Assembly: GCF_009914755.1 (NCBI RefSeq) | Contig: NC_060944.1 | Length of the DNA: 64,000 nucleotides | Reading direction: 5' to 3' (one strand) | Origin: the human T2T-CHM13v2.0 reference genome, Homo sapiens | Shown: positions 10,491-23,092 of the stretch, piece by piece | Position numbering within the stretch: the stretch's first letter is position 1 | Layout: each line of letters starts with the position of its first letter | The notes under the pieces: generated by a model | The model's input: the letters and a program-made list of their open reading frames with translations, nothing else | The model's database searches: none | Told to the model about the DNA's origin: nothing | Translations under genes and position numbers: made by a program

Positions 10491-11346
10491 GGCGTGGACC
10501 ACCTCGGGCAGGATTGTGCTGGCTTTTATGCAAAGGCAGAAAGTGCCGCTGAGCCTGGAAGAAAATGAAAAGAACAGTGGCTCACATTTCTTGGCCCACT
10601 CCTTCTCAAATACCACATTCTGCATAAAAATATCCTTCAAAAGTCACGGCCAAACCCCCACGGCGGTGGGAATGCCCTCCCTGTGGAGGGAAAGCCACCT
10701 CCGACAGCGAGTGTCGTTTCAGATGCAGCTGGCACAGAGAACAGGCGGATGGAGGAGTGACAACGTGCACAGCCGACTGTCAGGGCGGCCTCGGCAGGGA
10801 GTGTCTGGGTGCTCGCCGATTCCTTCAATGCTTCTGTATTTTTGAAAATTTTCATAATAAAACGCTAGGGGAAGTGGAAATGCAGCCAGTCCCAACCCTG
10901 CAGGAGAGGGTGGTTCCAAGCACCATTTCCTCATTTCTTTGAGTCTCTTAAAAACCTTTTCCTCATAACCCCACAGCTTATAAACGTTTGAACAATTATG
11001 ACTGTCAGGTGCACAAACAAGCCCCTCACACACAGCCTATTGTTCTGCAGATGGAAACATCTGTTAGATTAGATTATTTTTTAAACCTGGGGTGAGAAGA
11101 GTGGGGGACGGGGGTGTTGATAAAAGGCTTCCTGGCCTGGGCTTGTGAACAGCCACACTGAGAAAATCTGGCTTTTCAGAAACTTCCCCTGGAGCCACCT
11201 TCCTTCACCAGGACACAAGCTTAACTCTTTCTAACCAAAGGCTTCTTTGCCGTGGGCACAATAGCCCCTTTCTTGCGCTAGAGTTTTTTTTAAAAAAATC
11301 CAAATGGTGTGTCTAAGCCCATGACTGACTCCAACCTAACTTAGGG

Positions 11347-11672
11347 TTTTGTTTTGTTTTGTTTTGTTTTGTTTTGTTTTGTTTTGTTTTGAGACGGAGT
11401 CTTGCTCTGTCGCCTAGGGGGGAGTGCAGTGGCACGATCTCGGCTCACTGCAAGCTCTGCCTCCTGGGTTCACCCACCATTCTCCTGCCTCAGCCTCCCG
11501 AGTAGCTGGGACTACAGGCGCCCGCCACCACGCCTGGCTAATTTTTGTATTTTTAGTAGAGACAGGGTTTCACCGTGTTAGCCAGGATGGTCTTGATCTC
11601 CTGACCTCGTGATCTGCCCGCCTCGGCCTCCCAAAGTGCTGGGATTACAGGCGTGAGCCATCGCGCCCGGCC
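11347..11672 (-). mobile_element. AluY, full length, with (GTTTT)n-converted tail
   Basis: Y diagnostics ctgcaagctc, accgtgttagccaggatggtc, tgacctcgtgatc; imperfect TSD aactt(a/g)ggg at 11338 and 11673. Confidence 0.95.
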
Positions 11673-11689
11673 AACTTGGGGGTGTTAAC

Positions 11690-11885
11690 ACAGTGATGAA
11701 GGGCTCAGGGTTTGAGAGCTCAGCCTTGAGCCAGACTGCCTGGGTTTGAATCACACTAGCTTTGTAATTGGCCTCTCTGTGCCCATCTATAAAATGGGAG
11801 CAATCATTGTCGGCTTTTTAGTGAATTAACAAAAATATTACAAGAGCTGAGAGTAGATGAGACCAGCACATAGTAACAGATTGTT
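11690..11885 (+). mobile_element. MIR SINE
   Basis: gagccagactgcctgggtttgaatc...cctctctgtgcccatctataaaatggg. Confidence 0.7.
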
Positions 11886-11893
11886 GTTACTTA

Positions 11894-12238
11894 CAGCCAT
11901 GTGCTGCGTAATGACATTTTGGTCAAGGACAGACCACCTATATGATGGCGGTCCCACAAAATTATAATACTGTATTTTTATGGTACCTTGTCTATGTTTG
12001 GACATGTTTAGAGATACAAATACTTACTATTGTGTTACGACGGCCTACAGTTTCAGTAAGTCACATACTGTCCAGGTTTTCAGCCTGGGAGCCATGGGCT
12101 GTATCCTACAGCCTGGGTGTGCAGCAGGCTGTGCCACCTGGGTTGTACAAGTGCACTCTCTGAGGTTTGCACAATAAGGAAGTGGCCTGATGTCCCATTT
12201 CTCAGAATGTATCCCTGTCCTTCAGCAACTCATGACTG
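11894..12238 (+). mobile_element. Tigger3a (MER7A/Golem) non-autonomous Tigger
   Basis: TA-cagccatg...catgactg-TA termini with TA target duplication; 345 bp; internal ggtcccacaaaattataatac. Confidence 0.85.
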
Positions 12239-12768
12239 TATTATGATTAAGAACTTAGTAACTCTTCCGAGATCATGGAGGAAACCATGAAAATGGCTAA
12301 ATGAAAAGGTTAAATGGTTACTATGAAAATGGTAAAGTGTAAATGGAGATAACGTGTGATGTTATTGTGGTAATAATAGGACCCTCCTCCTAGGGCTGCT
12401 GTGAGGATGAAACAGCACTGACCATGCCAGGGAAATTGCTTGCAGAATGCCCTGGCTCAATCAAAGATTGCTTGTGAAAGCTCATAAGGCATGCAATGGG
12501 ACCCTGGCTCTTACCTTTGTGACAGGAAAGCCGCCTGCCTTAGGCTGTGAGCCATGCTATGAAACGTACTAACAGCCGCAGAAAGAACCTAGCCTGTCTG
12601 CTTCTCATATGCCTGGGCCCCGTTCCACTGGCTCCCAGATGGCCGTGACCTCGATACGGTGTGTGAGCCAGTGGCTGGCCTGACCCCCTAATGGTGACCG
12701 CCCGCCTCGCCAGGATGACCTACATTTCCACAGTGGCGGCTGGAGCAGACATTCCAGGGTAATTAACA

Positions 12769-12842
12769 AACACATGCACACAGACACACACACATATAGA
12801 CATATATACACACAGAAACACACACACACACACACACACACA
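12769..12842 (+). repeat. Interrupted (CA)n microsatellite
   Basis: Directly visible. Confidence 0.9.
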
Positions 12843-13114
12843 ACGGCTCAGGCCTGGCTGTAGCTGGCACGCTCGCTGTCTAGACAGGGCTGGGAGCTGA
12901 ATGGCCTCCCGCCAGGGGAGGTAGGCTGCTTGGGGCTGCAACCAGGACAGCTGAGGTGGGGTGAGAGGCTTTTCCTGTTCACTGGGGCAGAGACCCCTGA
13001 GAAGATGAGCAGCAGTGATCGTTCCTCCCCACCCTAAACGGGAGCTTCCGGCCATGTGCCTTCCAAGGAAAGTCTCCTCAGGAAATCATCAGGCAAGAGA
13101 GCCCAGGTCCAGCT

Positions 13115-13415
13115 ACAGGGGAGCTTGATGCACTGCTGTCTGTAATAATGAAAAATGGGAAATAGCCTTTCAAAAAGAGTTAGTTAAGCATATTATGGGG
13201 CCATCACAAGAGGGACCAGCAAGTGGTTGCTGACAATTGTGTTGAAGGAGATGGTCTGATGGCATGTGGTGACTGTCATAAAATATTAAGTTTCTAAAAA
13301 GCATGATTCAAAATGGCATGTCATCAGGGACTGCAGTCATTTTTCTAATAGGTGCACAGACGAGTCATTAGACAAGCACACCTAGGAAGCTCAGTGCTTA
13401 TCTCTGGGCATGATA
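13115..13415 (+). mobile_element. L1M (L1ME-like) 3' fragment
   Basis: gcactgctgtctgtaataatgaaaaatgggaaatagcc...gtgcttatctctggg. Confidence 0.45.
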
Positions 13416-13554
13416 TCTGGCCACCAGGGCACTTTGCACGCTCCCACTCATGGTTGGAGTGCAAATACCAAGGACACTAGACCAAGACCCTGCACCAGCT
13501 GGCCCAACACCAAGGTTCTCGTCCTTTCCCTGCTCCAAATTCCAGTACACCCAG

Positions 13555-14120
13555 CTGGTATTTTCCAAACGCCAGTCACGCAGGGACCACCTTCATGACT
13601 TTTGCCCACCACACTATAATTTACTTAGAATTATTCTCTAAATTGACTCACGATTTTCACAAAAGCAAATTGATTTTAAAAGAAAACCTTATATCACAGT
13701 TGTAGTTGGGAAAATCAAAACCAGAAGGTGGCTGTAAAGATAAACACATCATTATTAATTTTAAAAAATTCCAGCAACCTGACATAAGAACAGAAAGCCA
13801 AACACCGCATGTTCTCACTCATAAGTGGGAGTTGAACAATGAGAACACAGGGACACAGGGCGGGGGGGGTATCACCAACCGGGGCCTGTCAGGGGGGTGG
13901 GGGGCTGGGGGAGGGATAGCATTAGGAGAAACACCTAATGTAGATGACAGCTTGATGGGTGCAGCAAAAACCACCATGGCGCGTGTATACCTATATAACA
14001 AACCTACATATTCTGCACATGCAACCCAGAACCTAAAGTATAAAAAAAAAAAAAGTCCTTGTGTGCCTCCTAAGATCATCTTGCCAATGATATGTATGCC
14101 GCACGTTGGACGACACTGCC
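13555..14120 (+). mobile_element. MER113-type hAT-Charlie element interrupted by L1PA
   Basis: ccaccttcatgacttttgccc...aaagaaaaccttatatcac; resumes after the L1 poly(A) with cctaagatcatcttg...gacactg. Confidence 0.55.
13786..14054 (+). mobile_element. 5'-truncated L1PA 3' end with G-tract and poly(A)
   Basis: catgttctcactcataagtgggagttgaacaatgagaacac...gggggagggatagcattaggagaaacacctaatgta...poly(A). Confidence 0.92.
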
Positions 14121-14944
14121 TTCACTCAACCTCTTTATTTACAACATGAGAAGGCTGAGGTTCAGAGGGGACAAGATTTCCCTAGGGTCATTCAGGTTGC
14201 CAGGAGCTCTGGGTGCTGGTTCAGGGTCTGCTTACCTGAACCTGTCCTTATCCTGACCTTCTCACTCATCCTGGCAGGTCTGTCTCCATGGGGATGGGGC
14301 CAATCAGCTCTCGACCCAACCCATCACTGAGCTCCCAGGTACCTGGCTGAGCCACAAGGGTCCAGCCTGTCCCCCTCCCGCCACATCCTCTGTTCAGTGG
14401 AGGTCCCACATATCAGATATTCCTCCAATGCTAAGTAGAAAGCTCAACCGCAGTATATGAGCTTCAGATTAAATTATTTTTAATTTCATGGTGCTCCGTT
14501 CCACAGTCAATTAATTCCATTTCATTTTCAAGGGTCCCATCACCCTGCCTTCTTCTTTTTCTAGCAGTTTCAGTGATTTTCTGGAATCAATCAGGAATTG
14601 TTTGTGTTTGGTTTTAAATACATGTAAACGTATGGCCGGTCTGTGTCCTTTTTTCCGTTCCTCCTCCTGACTGTACCCACGCTGGACACCCCAGGCTGAG
14701 GCTGGAGGGGGCATGAGGAGCGGGCCTGGCAGGCAGGTACCTGGCCCCTTCGGGAGGTGGGGGACAGAGGAGCATTTCCACATCCAGGTGGGTGCCTGTA
14801 CTACAGAAGAAGGGAACCGCTGCCTCCTGGAGGCCCTGGGCTCTGGGGACTCCCTTCGTTTGGCATCCCTGCTGTCTTTTCCTCTTAGGAAAGCCCTTCA
14901 CCACCTGGAGCTGTCTGCAAGAGCTTGGCCCTGAATCCTTTACA

Positions 14945-15400
14945 GGGTCGGGCATGTGACTCACACTGGCCAATCAGAGTAGTCCATGCCCTGGGACAGC
15001 AAGATAGGCCGAGGAGCAGTCACATGACCTAAGCAGGGCCAGTGTCCTGTGGAGGAATAAAATGGCTTCTGTGTAAGAAATGATTGTAATCTTTTTCTCT
15101 AGGCTTCTTAGCTATGAAGGTCATGGAAGCTCAAGGCTGCTGGAGACCACCCCTGCTGTCACTTAGAACTCATCCTGCCTGATCATGAAGCCAACTAGCA
15201 AAAAGGAGAGCCAAGAGATGTCAGGAGGAAAATAAGTCCTACTGTTGTGCAGTAAGGCCCTAGGTATGACTGTGCCTGAAGGCCACCAAACTGCCCAAGT
15301 TTGAAGTTGTATGTGCCAGCAAATTTCGCTTTTTTCGTTGTTGTTAAGTTAGTTTGTTATGTCTCCTTCTCTTGTTCAAGTCAACCAAGGAACATCACTG
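14945..15400 (+). mobile_element. MLT1I/J-type MaLR solo LTR
   Basis: ggcatgtgactcacactggccaatcagag...tgaagccaac...gtgcctgaag. Confidence 0.55.
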
Positions 15401-15629
15401 TGTGTCACGTGTCCACCTTCCTTTCCCTTGCCTCGCATGCCCTGCCTCATCCAGGCACAGCCTGGAAGGTAGAGGTGAGTGACAAGCACGCAGGAAGCTT
15501 TATGGAACATCCAACACCTCAAGACTCAGCTCAGACACCACCTCCTCCAGGAAGCCTCGCCTGGTGCCCTAGTGTGCCTTCTCAGGCTGGTTCATAGCCC
15601 ATCTCTGCTGGTCCACAGCCTTTATTGAG

Positions 15630-15870
15630 GGCAGCACCATGCATAAGGGCTAGACTCTGGAACCCAGATGTCCCTGATTGGAATGTCAGCTCTTGCCAGC
15701 TGTGTGACCTTGAACGTACGAGTAACCTATCCGTTCCTTGGTTTCATCACCTATAAAATTAACATCAGTCTCTCTACCTAGTCCTACTTTGTTGTGAGAT
15801 TTGTCACTGAGTTAGAACAGAGGCCAGCACATGGCTACTCCTCAGGTATGAATTGTATTGGCCATCATTT
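15630..15870 (+). mobile_element. MIR SINE
   Basis: gactctggaacccaga...ccagctgtgtgaccttgaac...ggtttcatcacctataaaat. Confidence 0.7.
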
Positions 15871-16231
15871 TTATGTTCTGTATCACTTTTGCCATAACTG
15901 CCTTTTACTTGCTTGTCTTAAACCACAAGCCCTTTCCCTTCTCTTTTCTTTCAATACCTTTGGTTCTCCAGACCCCACAGTGCCTGGCACGTAATGAGCC
16001 TGAGAGAATGTCGGTTGAATAATGTGTGCCCCCAAAAATGAACAGGCAAATCTATATCTTCTGCTCTTCCTTCTACCTGTCAAGAACTCTGACTTTGCCA
16101 TCTCGTTTCTGGCTCTCATCCTAAAAATAGGATAATGAGCAAGCGGGAGGTGGAGAGAAGTAGAAGTGAAAGGGAATGAAGACAAACACAAGGGTTGGGG
16201 GGTCAGGAGAACAGATGGGCTGGGCGGGTCA

Positions 16232-16394
16232 TGGAGGTGCTCACACCTGACTGGGCACTGGAATCACCTGGGTGCAAGGGTTCCCAAACAAGCACCCTGA
16301 GCCCTACCCTGGAGACTCCCACCTCATCTGTCTGGGTGGGGCCTGGAACTTCCCAGGTGATCCTGTGCTATGAGGCCAGGGCTGAGAACCCTGG
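16232..16394. mobile_element. MER5A/B-type MITE
   Basis: ggaatcacctggg...gtctgggtggggcctgg...cccaggtgatcct...gggctgagaacc. Confidence 0.6.
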
Positions 16395-16825
16395 GACGGA
16401 GAATGGGAGGAGCTTTGATGCACATGAGAAGAGAAATGAAAGCTCCTTGAGTGTTTTTGAGAGATTTCAGCAAAGATTAGTTCCTGTTCAACTATTTTGA
16501 CCCTCAGCTTGTTGTTTCTTTGACTGTGACCCAGTTCTGAGACTGGGTGCCAAGGGGACTTGGTTTTGTCTAATACAAGTGTGTGAATGAATGAATTAAT
16601 GAGAGGAGGTTTGTCTCCCAACACTCACACCAGTAATCACAGACACAAGCAGCAAGGGAAGGTGGAAAAGATGTTCCAACACAGGGGACTCAAGGGAAAC
16701 AGAAACACCTCGTCCACCTCATCAGCCTGTGTTCAAGGGAGAGAGAGGTGCTGGGGTTGATGACTGTGGCCACTTCCCTGCCCTGATCTTAATTACAGGA
16801 GACCCACTGGCTCAGCAGTCTGTAA

Positions 16826-17170
<345 letters not shown>

Positions 17171-18115
17171 CCAAATCTTGACTAGTAGCATATAGTCAGC
17201 TAGATAGACAGACGGATGGACCATTGCTTGTGAACTTCTCTAGGGAGACCCTCTGAAGAAAGTGTCTGAGGGTCAAGCCATCATCAGAGCAGCTGAAGAC
17301 AAGGCCCCACCCACAACGGGATCGTGGGTTCAGGAAGGACCCTTCCCAAGGACCAGTCGGCGGGGCTGTGAGCTCCTGGGGGCAACAGGAAGAGGATTTC
17401 ATGCAGGACTCACAGTGCCTGGAGCCTGTTCCACTTAAGAGAAATTAAGCAGTCACGAGTATGAAAGGAATAATGTCACTCCTGGGAGTTCCTGCCACTG
17501 TCCTGTCTTTAATAAGTCCACAGGGTGCCCAGGCAGTTTTTGGTGCTTGGGGACACAGCTGCAAACAGGTCACCTTGCTCTGAAACTGCAGGTGCTCACC
17601 ATCTAGTGTCTAGCAGGGAAAGACACACCAAGCAGAGGGATGGCATGGGTGAGTGCTCTGAGCAGGCCCGATGTGTTCCTGGGACCTACTGAGAGATGCC
17701 TACGAAGCTGCCTAAACAGGAAAGGCTGATCCGGCTTGCGGTTTTGTGGACTTAAAGGGAGAAATATAAGAGGAGGGGCAAGAGGAGTTGAGGGGGACGA
17801 AGGCTGTTTCCTCTCCTCCTTCTCTGCTGGGCTCATTCCCACGGCCACTGCAGCACCCCAGTAGCTCCAACAGAAGGACCCCTGGAGTCTGTGTGTGTCT
17901 GTAGGAATGGGACCAAAGTGCCAATTCCTGGCTATCTGTCCACCATGCCACCTAGCGAGCTGCCTGCCACCAGATGCCACCAGAGCGGGACAGGGACACC
18001 GGGGAGGGGATACTTGGCCACATGTTGCCTAAAGAAGGGGCAGATTTGTGTTTGTAACAAGCACCTGCAGGTAGTTCTTATCACAGGAGGGACATTCGTT
18101 GTCTGGTGCCCCTCA

Positions 18116-18217
18116 TTTCTGCCACCCTTCCCAAGCTGGCCTCATTCTGTCTCTCTGGAGACTCCCTTTCTGCCACCCTTCCCAAGCCAGCCTCATTCTC
18201 TCTCTCTGTAGACTCCC
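18116..18217 (+). repeat. 51-bp tandem duplication (2 copies, 4 mismatches)
   Basis: tttctgccacccttcccaagc...gactccc at 18116-18166 and 18167-18217. Confidence 0.9.
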
Positions 18218-18753
18218 CTCCTTGGCCCTGCCACCCCTGTGCACTGGCTTCAGGAGACTTCCTGATTTCAAGCAGCCAACACAGCCCATTGAGAATCTGT
18301 GTGCCTCCCAGGTCTAAATTCTTCTGAGAAAGAACTTGATTTGGATCGGGGCACAGCTCTGGTCCAATCAGCTGTGGCCAAGGAGGGGTGAGGTCATGGT
18401 ACAACTGTGGCTCCTGGGGCCTCCCTTGTGGGTATAAGGAAGAGAGTTCTGAGAGGTACCCATCCAAACTGCTATCTCCCATCAATGCAAGCTTGTGTTC
18501 CCCAGGAGACCCCATTCCACAACTCAGGTTATGAATTTCTCTCTCCCTGGTACATTTCCAGACCTCACAGCACACCCAGCTTCAAAGGAATCTGTCCGAA
18601 AAACTTGTAATGACAATATGATATGCTTCTTCAAGAAGTTTCTAGAATGAGCGCTCTGAGCAGACAGGGGCTGTTGCCTTGTTTGTCCTGTGCACCCCAG
18701 CCACTCCTGCCATGTCCATTAAGCACAAGGACCTACACGCCATTGTCGCTCAC

Positions 18754-19137
18754 TGTTATGGGCTGGATTCTGTCCCCTCGGAATTTGTATGTTGAAGTTC
18801 TAACCCACATCTTCAAATGTGACTGTATTTGGAGGTAGGGCCTTTAAACAGATGATTAAAGTTAACTAATTTCATAAGGTGGGCCCTAATCCAGTGTGAC
18901 TGGCATCCTTGTAAGAAGAGGAAGAGGGAATAGGGAAGGACACACAGAGAGGGCACGTGAGGACACAGTGGGGAATGGCTGTCCGCAAGCCCAGGAGAGA
19001 GGCCTCTGAAGACATCAAACCTAGTGACTTCTTAATCTTAGACTTCCAGCCTCCAAGACTGTGAGAAAACACATTACTGTTGTTGAAGCCACCTAGTCTG
19101 TAGTATTTTGTTAGGGCAGCCCAGGCAGACTAATACA
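18754..19137 (+). mobile_element. MLT1A/B MaLR solo LTR
   Basis: TG...CA termini (tgttatgggctg...ctaataca); 5-bp TSD ctcac/ctcgc. Confidence 0.88.
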
Positions 19138-20029
19138 CTCGCTAAAGGTTTGTTCCTCACTAAAGGGATGCAAAAATGGTGGAACTGAGTCCTCCCACCA
19201 AGAGTTGGGACCTGTCTACTGACTGCAAATGGCAGTCTAGGTTAGCTCTTGGTTAAAAAGAGAAACAAGAACCAGTTTATCAGGAGTCCTGGAGCTTTCA
19301 CTGGGTGAGGACAGGGGTCTTCTGAAGGCCCCAGTGTCAGGGCAGGACCCCGATGTGTGTGGAGAAAGTGACCCACTACTCATAACCATGGCCGGCATGC
19401 AGGGGATACCTGATGGCTTTGCTCTGTAGTCCTGCCCTACACTAAGCTTTTGAGTTACTGTCTACTCTAAACTCTATTTTCAAAATTTCTTAGACTCTTT
19501 TTATTGGCAAAAGCAAAGGACTGAATTTGGCATTGGAGGTCAGACCGCTCTAGTTTGAAAAGAAAAAGGAAAACACATCTCCATGGGTCTTTGACTACAC
19601 AGAGATCAAACAAAACCCTACTTTGCTTGGTGATATTTAGGAATGGAGGAGCCAGGCTGCTTCCTGGGGACGAAGCAGCGATTGTGCATCGGGAGAGGAG
19701 CAGCGTGCCTCCCTCTCACCACCTCGGCAGCTCCGCTGGAAAGAGATCCTCTCTCTCCACTGACCACCGATGTCAGCACTCCCGTGGGACAGATGCTAGG
19801 CCGGGTGCAAACCACCCACCAGGCAGAGCAGTGGGAGGGCTGACAGCCAAGCCTGGCCACATGGGCACCCCTGAAGCCTGGGGTACAGCTGGTTCCCAAA
19901 ACATGTAGAGAGAGTGAAAGGAGAGACGGTTCCCTATGGAAACAGGAGAGGTTTTAACTAGAAGAAAGGGGAGTGGGTATGGTACAGGCCGCAGCGCCCA
20001 CGTGCTGCTGAGTTCTGGAGGACACTCCC

Positions 20030-20539
20030 TGTTGTATCTGAACCCAGGTTCCGCTGCTTGCAGCTCAAAAGCCAAAACTCAGGAGATGGGAGTTAGTGGA
20101 AAGAAAAGCAGGTTTATTGGGAGAGCCAGCCAACCGAGATGATGAACTAGCCTCCTGAAGTATTAATACCATCTTGAGTTAAGTCCATACAAATTTTAGG
20201 CTCTTTTTATGTTCAGGACAGGGGAGGAGGAGGGGATTGGGGTGGAGATGTAACAGATGACCACAGACATTGGCACCAGTGCGGGTCCAAGGAGATCGGG
20301 AACTGCTTTGTCCTTGGTCAGGTCACGATGCTCCTATAAATCTATTTTTGAAAACATAGTCAGTTGTTTACATACTTTCCCTTTAATCCCAGAGTTAGTT
20401 TTTAAAACTCCATGATTGCTGTTTTTGCATATTATCTCAATGCTCTAAAATTATCCCAGCCTCCGCGCAGAAATGGATAAAGCCCCTTAAGCAAAAATGG
20501 AGTTGGTTGTGTTCGTTCTTTGCTGCTTCCCTGATAACA
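20030..20539 (-). mobile_element. ERV1 (MER4-group) solo LTR
   Basis: tgtt...aaca termini; aaagcaggtttattgg (minus-strand poly(A) signal) and aaaatggagttggttg typical of this group; subfamily uncertain. Confidence 0.6.
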
Positions 20540-20779
20540 GTCAGTTCCCCAAATCTCTCTCACATGGAGCAGCCCCTCCACAACCCCACTGCCTCTGTCT
20601 TGGGGCACCCCTTGGTTTCTACATAAGGGGCCCTCACCCATCTCACAGTTCCAGTCTCTTCGCACATCCTTCTCCACCCAGCTGAGGTCTTTGAACAGAG
20701 GTGGCAGTTTGGGGACTAGGATTTGGTGAGACTCAATCCAGGTAAACAGTACCTTAAGAAGGCTTACGAATGGACGCTT

Positions 20780-20950
20780 GGGACCTGTGTTGATCCTGGT
20801 TCTCTCACAAATTAGCAAGTTACTTAACTTCTCTGTGCCTCTGTTTTGTCATCTGTGTGTTGGGTACAGTATCTGTACCAATCTTAGAGGGTTATTATAA
20901 AGAGTAAATGAGGTAGTATACATCAAGCACTCAAAATGTGAGCTGTTATT
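20780..20950 (+). mobile_element. MIR SINE
   Basis: agcaagttacttaacttctctgtgcctctgttttgtcatctg...gttattataaagagtaaatgag. Confidence 0.75.
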
Positions 20951-20959
20951 AAAATATAT

Positions 20960-21430
20960 CTCGCATCTGTCCACTTCTCTCTATCTATGCTGCCACCACC
21001 TCATCTGAGCCACTGTCACTGGTCCCCTGGGCCATATCCCAGACTCTTTGTAGTGTCCTGGCCCTCCTCTGACCTTGCACTGCTCTCCATTCTCCCATTC
21101 TCCACGCAACAGCCAGGATGAGACTGCCAGATGAAATACAGGACACCCGGTTAAATGTGAATTTTGGATCAACAGTGAATATTTTTCAGCATAGGTATGT
21201 CCCATGCAATATTCATTATATACTTATGCTAAAAAGTTATTTATTTGAAACTCAAATTTACCTGGGCACCTTGTATTTTTATTTGCTAAATCTTGCAGCC
21301 TTAAGCCAGGGAGAAAGCAGATCGTTTTGCTCCTAGCTTCAAACCTGCATTGAGTTCTTGGCACAGTTAGGACAGAATCTGTACCCTGTCCCGACATGCA
21401 GGGCTTAACCTGGCCCAGCCTCTGTGGGCC
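20960..21430 (+). mobile_element. L2 fragment interrupted by MER53
   Basis: atctgtccacttctctctatctatgctgccaccacc...ccattctccacgcaacagccag. Confidence 0.55.
21119..21303. mobile_element. MER53 palindromic hAT MITE
   Basis: Long inverted repeat; 8-bp hAT-type TSD agccagga (21111-21118) / agccaggg (21304-21311). Confidence 0.88.
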
Positions 21431-21734
21431 ATTTTTTTTCCTGTGACTATTATTAACAATTTAGCAGCATCAGTGGCCAGGCATTGCCTTGTCAGGTCAC
21501 ACACTGTGCCTGCTCCCCACCAGGGGACTGATCAAAGAATAAGAAAATGAAGCCAGCAAGGACCACAGGGCAGGAGACCGTGGGGCTTTGTGAGGTGCGT
21601 CCCATCCTGGTGTGGAACCCAGACCAGCTTTCCGCTTGCATGGGAAACTGTAGCAGCTGGACCACCAGCCTGGAGCGAGTGGCAAGGGGGTTGGTCCAGA
21701 CTCCATCCTGTGCGGCAGCCAACTGCCCAGATCT

Positions 21735-21890
21735 ACTTCGACCAGCCCTGTGACCTTGGACATGACCTTTACCTCTCTGTGCCTCAGTTTCCTCATCTAC
21801 AAACTGGGGATGCTGGCGGTGTCTAACTAGCCTCAGGGCTGTTGTGAGATAACCAAGTTCGCACCTGGACATCAGCTGCGGCAGCACCTA
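21735..21890 (+). mobile_element. MIR SINE
   Basis: tgtgaccttggacatgacctttacctctctgtgcctcagtttcctcatct. Confidence 0.8.
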
Positions 21891-22619
21891 GCAGGGAGCA
21901 ACCGAACCCCAGCCTTTTCAATTCATTCTTCAAGGCCAGGCAGGACTGCAGGCGTGGGCCAGGGAGAGGGCGCAAACAGAGCTTGCTCAGCTGAAGGTGG
22001 TTCTACTGGAAATCCAGCTGCCCCAGTTGTGGCCCCCATGGCCTCAGGGTGGAGCAGCACATTGAGACGGAGAAGGTGGTCGAGGGCCCAGCCGACAGTT
22101 TCCTTCCTCCCCTCGCCTCCCTGGGAGCCTGCAGCCTTCAGCCGTCCCTCCCCGATCTGTGTTCCTGGCTTGCCTGCTCCGGGTGGATATCCTTACATCA
22201 GGGGCAGGGGGCTGGTGGGGAATTCAATCGGTCTCTGCTTGGGTCCCTTGACCTTCTCCCAACAGGCTGAGCTTCTCTTCCTGGGGAGCCTAGAATCCCC
22301 TGGCGACTCCTTCCCTTTCTCTTAAATTGTGGCCACAGCATGGCGCCCAGTCCATGGTCAGAATGCAGAGTCCCAGGCTAGGGACTGAGCTTCTCACCAA
22401 GCCAGATGCACCCCCCACCAGGAAGCACTGCCCCCGCCACTGGATTGACCTTGTGTGCCAGGTGAGCCAAGGACGAGGGTTTTGGGCCTGGCTCTGGGTG
22501 CCTCTAAACAGACCCGCTTCCCAGACCCCGGGCTCTCTTTCCTCTCTCCTGTCACTGTGCAGGTAACTGGGCTCCCTGATGCTGTGGTGTTTCTGAAATA
22601 CTTCGATGTAGTCAAAAAT

Positions 22620-23050
22620 CTTCATTGAGTCCCTACTGTGTGCCAGGCTCTGAACTCAGTGCTGAGGACATGAAATGGGCAGAAGGGGCCTGCTCCCACA
22701 GCGTCCTGGGCTGGGACAGACACATTAGGAGTTAAGGACACTTACTAGAGTGAGTATGTGCTGAAGGCCATAAGCAGGTGGAGATGAAAGGGAGGAGCAG
22801 GGGTGGGCGCCATTGTAGAGAGGGGCTGTTTGGGACCCACTTGGAAAGAAGGGCCGGGGCCCCTGAGGAGGTGGCATTTGGAGGAGGAACAAGAATGAGC
22901 TCAGCAGAGGCAGCGAAGCTGTTTCCAAGGGCCAGCCAGTGCAAGGCTCCCAAAGTGAGCAGAGGGTGATGCATTTGGAGAAGTAACAGGAGGTCACTGA
23001 GGCAGGACACAGGGCAGGGGAGGTGACAAGGGGCCTTCCAGGCCAAGGAC
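22620..23050 (-). mobile_element. L2 fragment
   Basis: cattgagtccctactgtgtgccaggctctg...ccctgaggaggtggcatttg. Confidence 0.65.
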
Positions 23051-23092
23051 AAAAGAAGCCCCCTGAAGGGTGGGAAACGCAATGCACATCCT

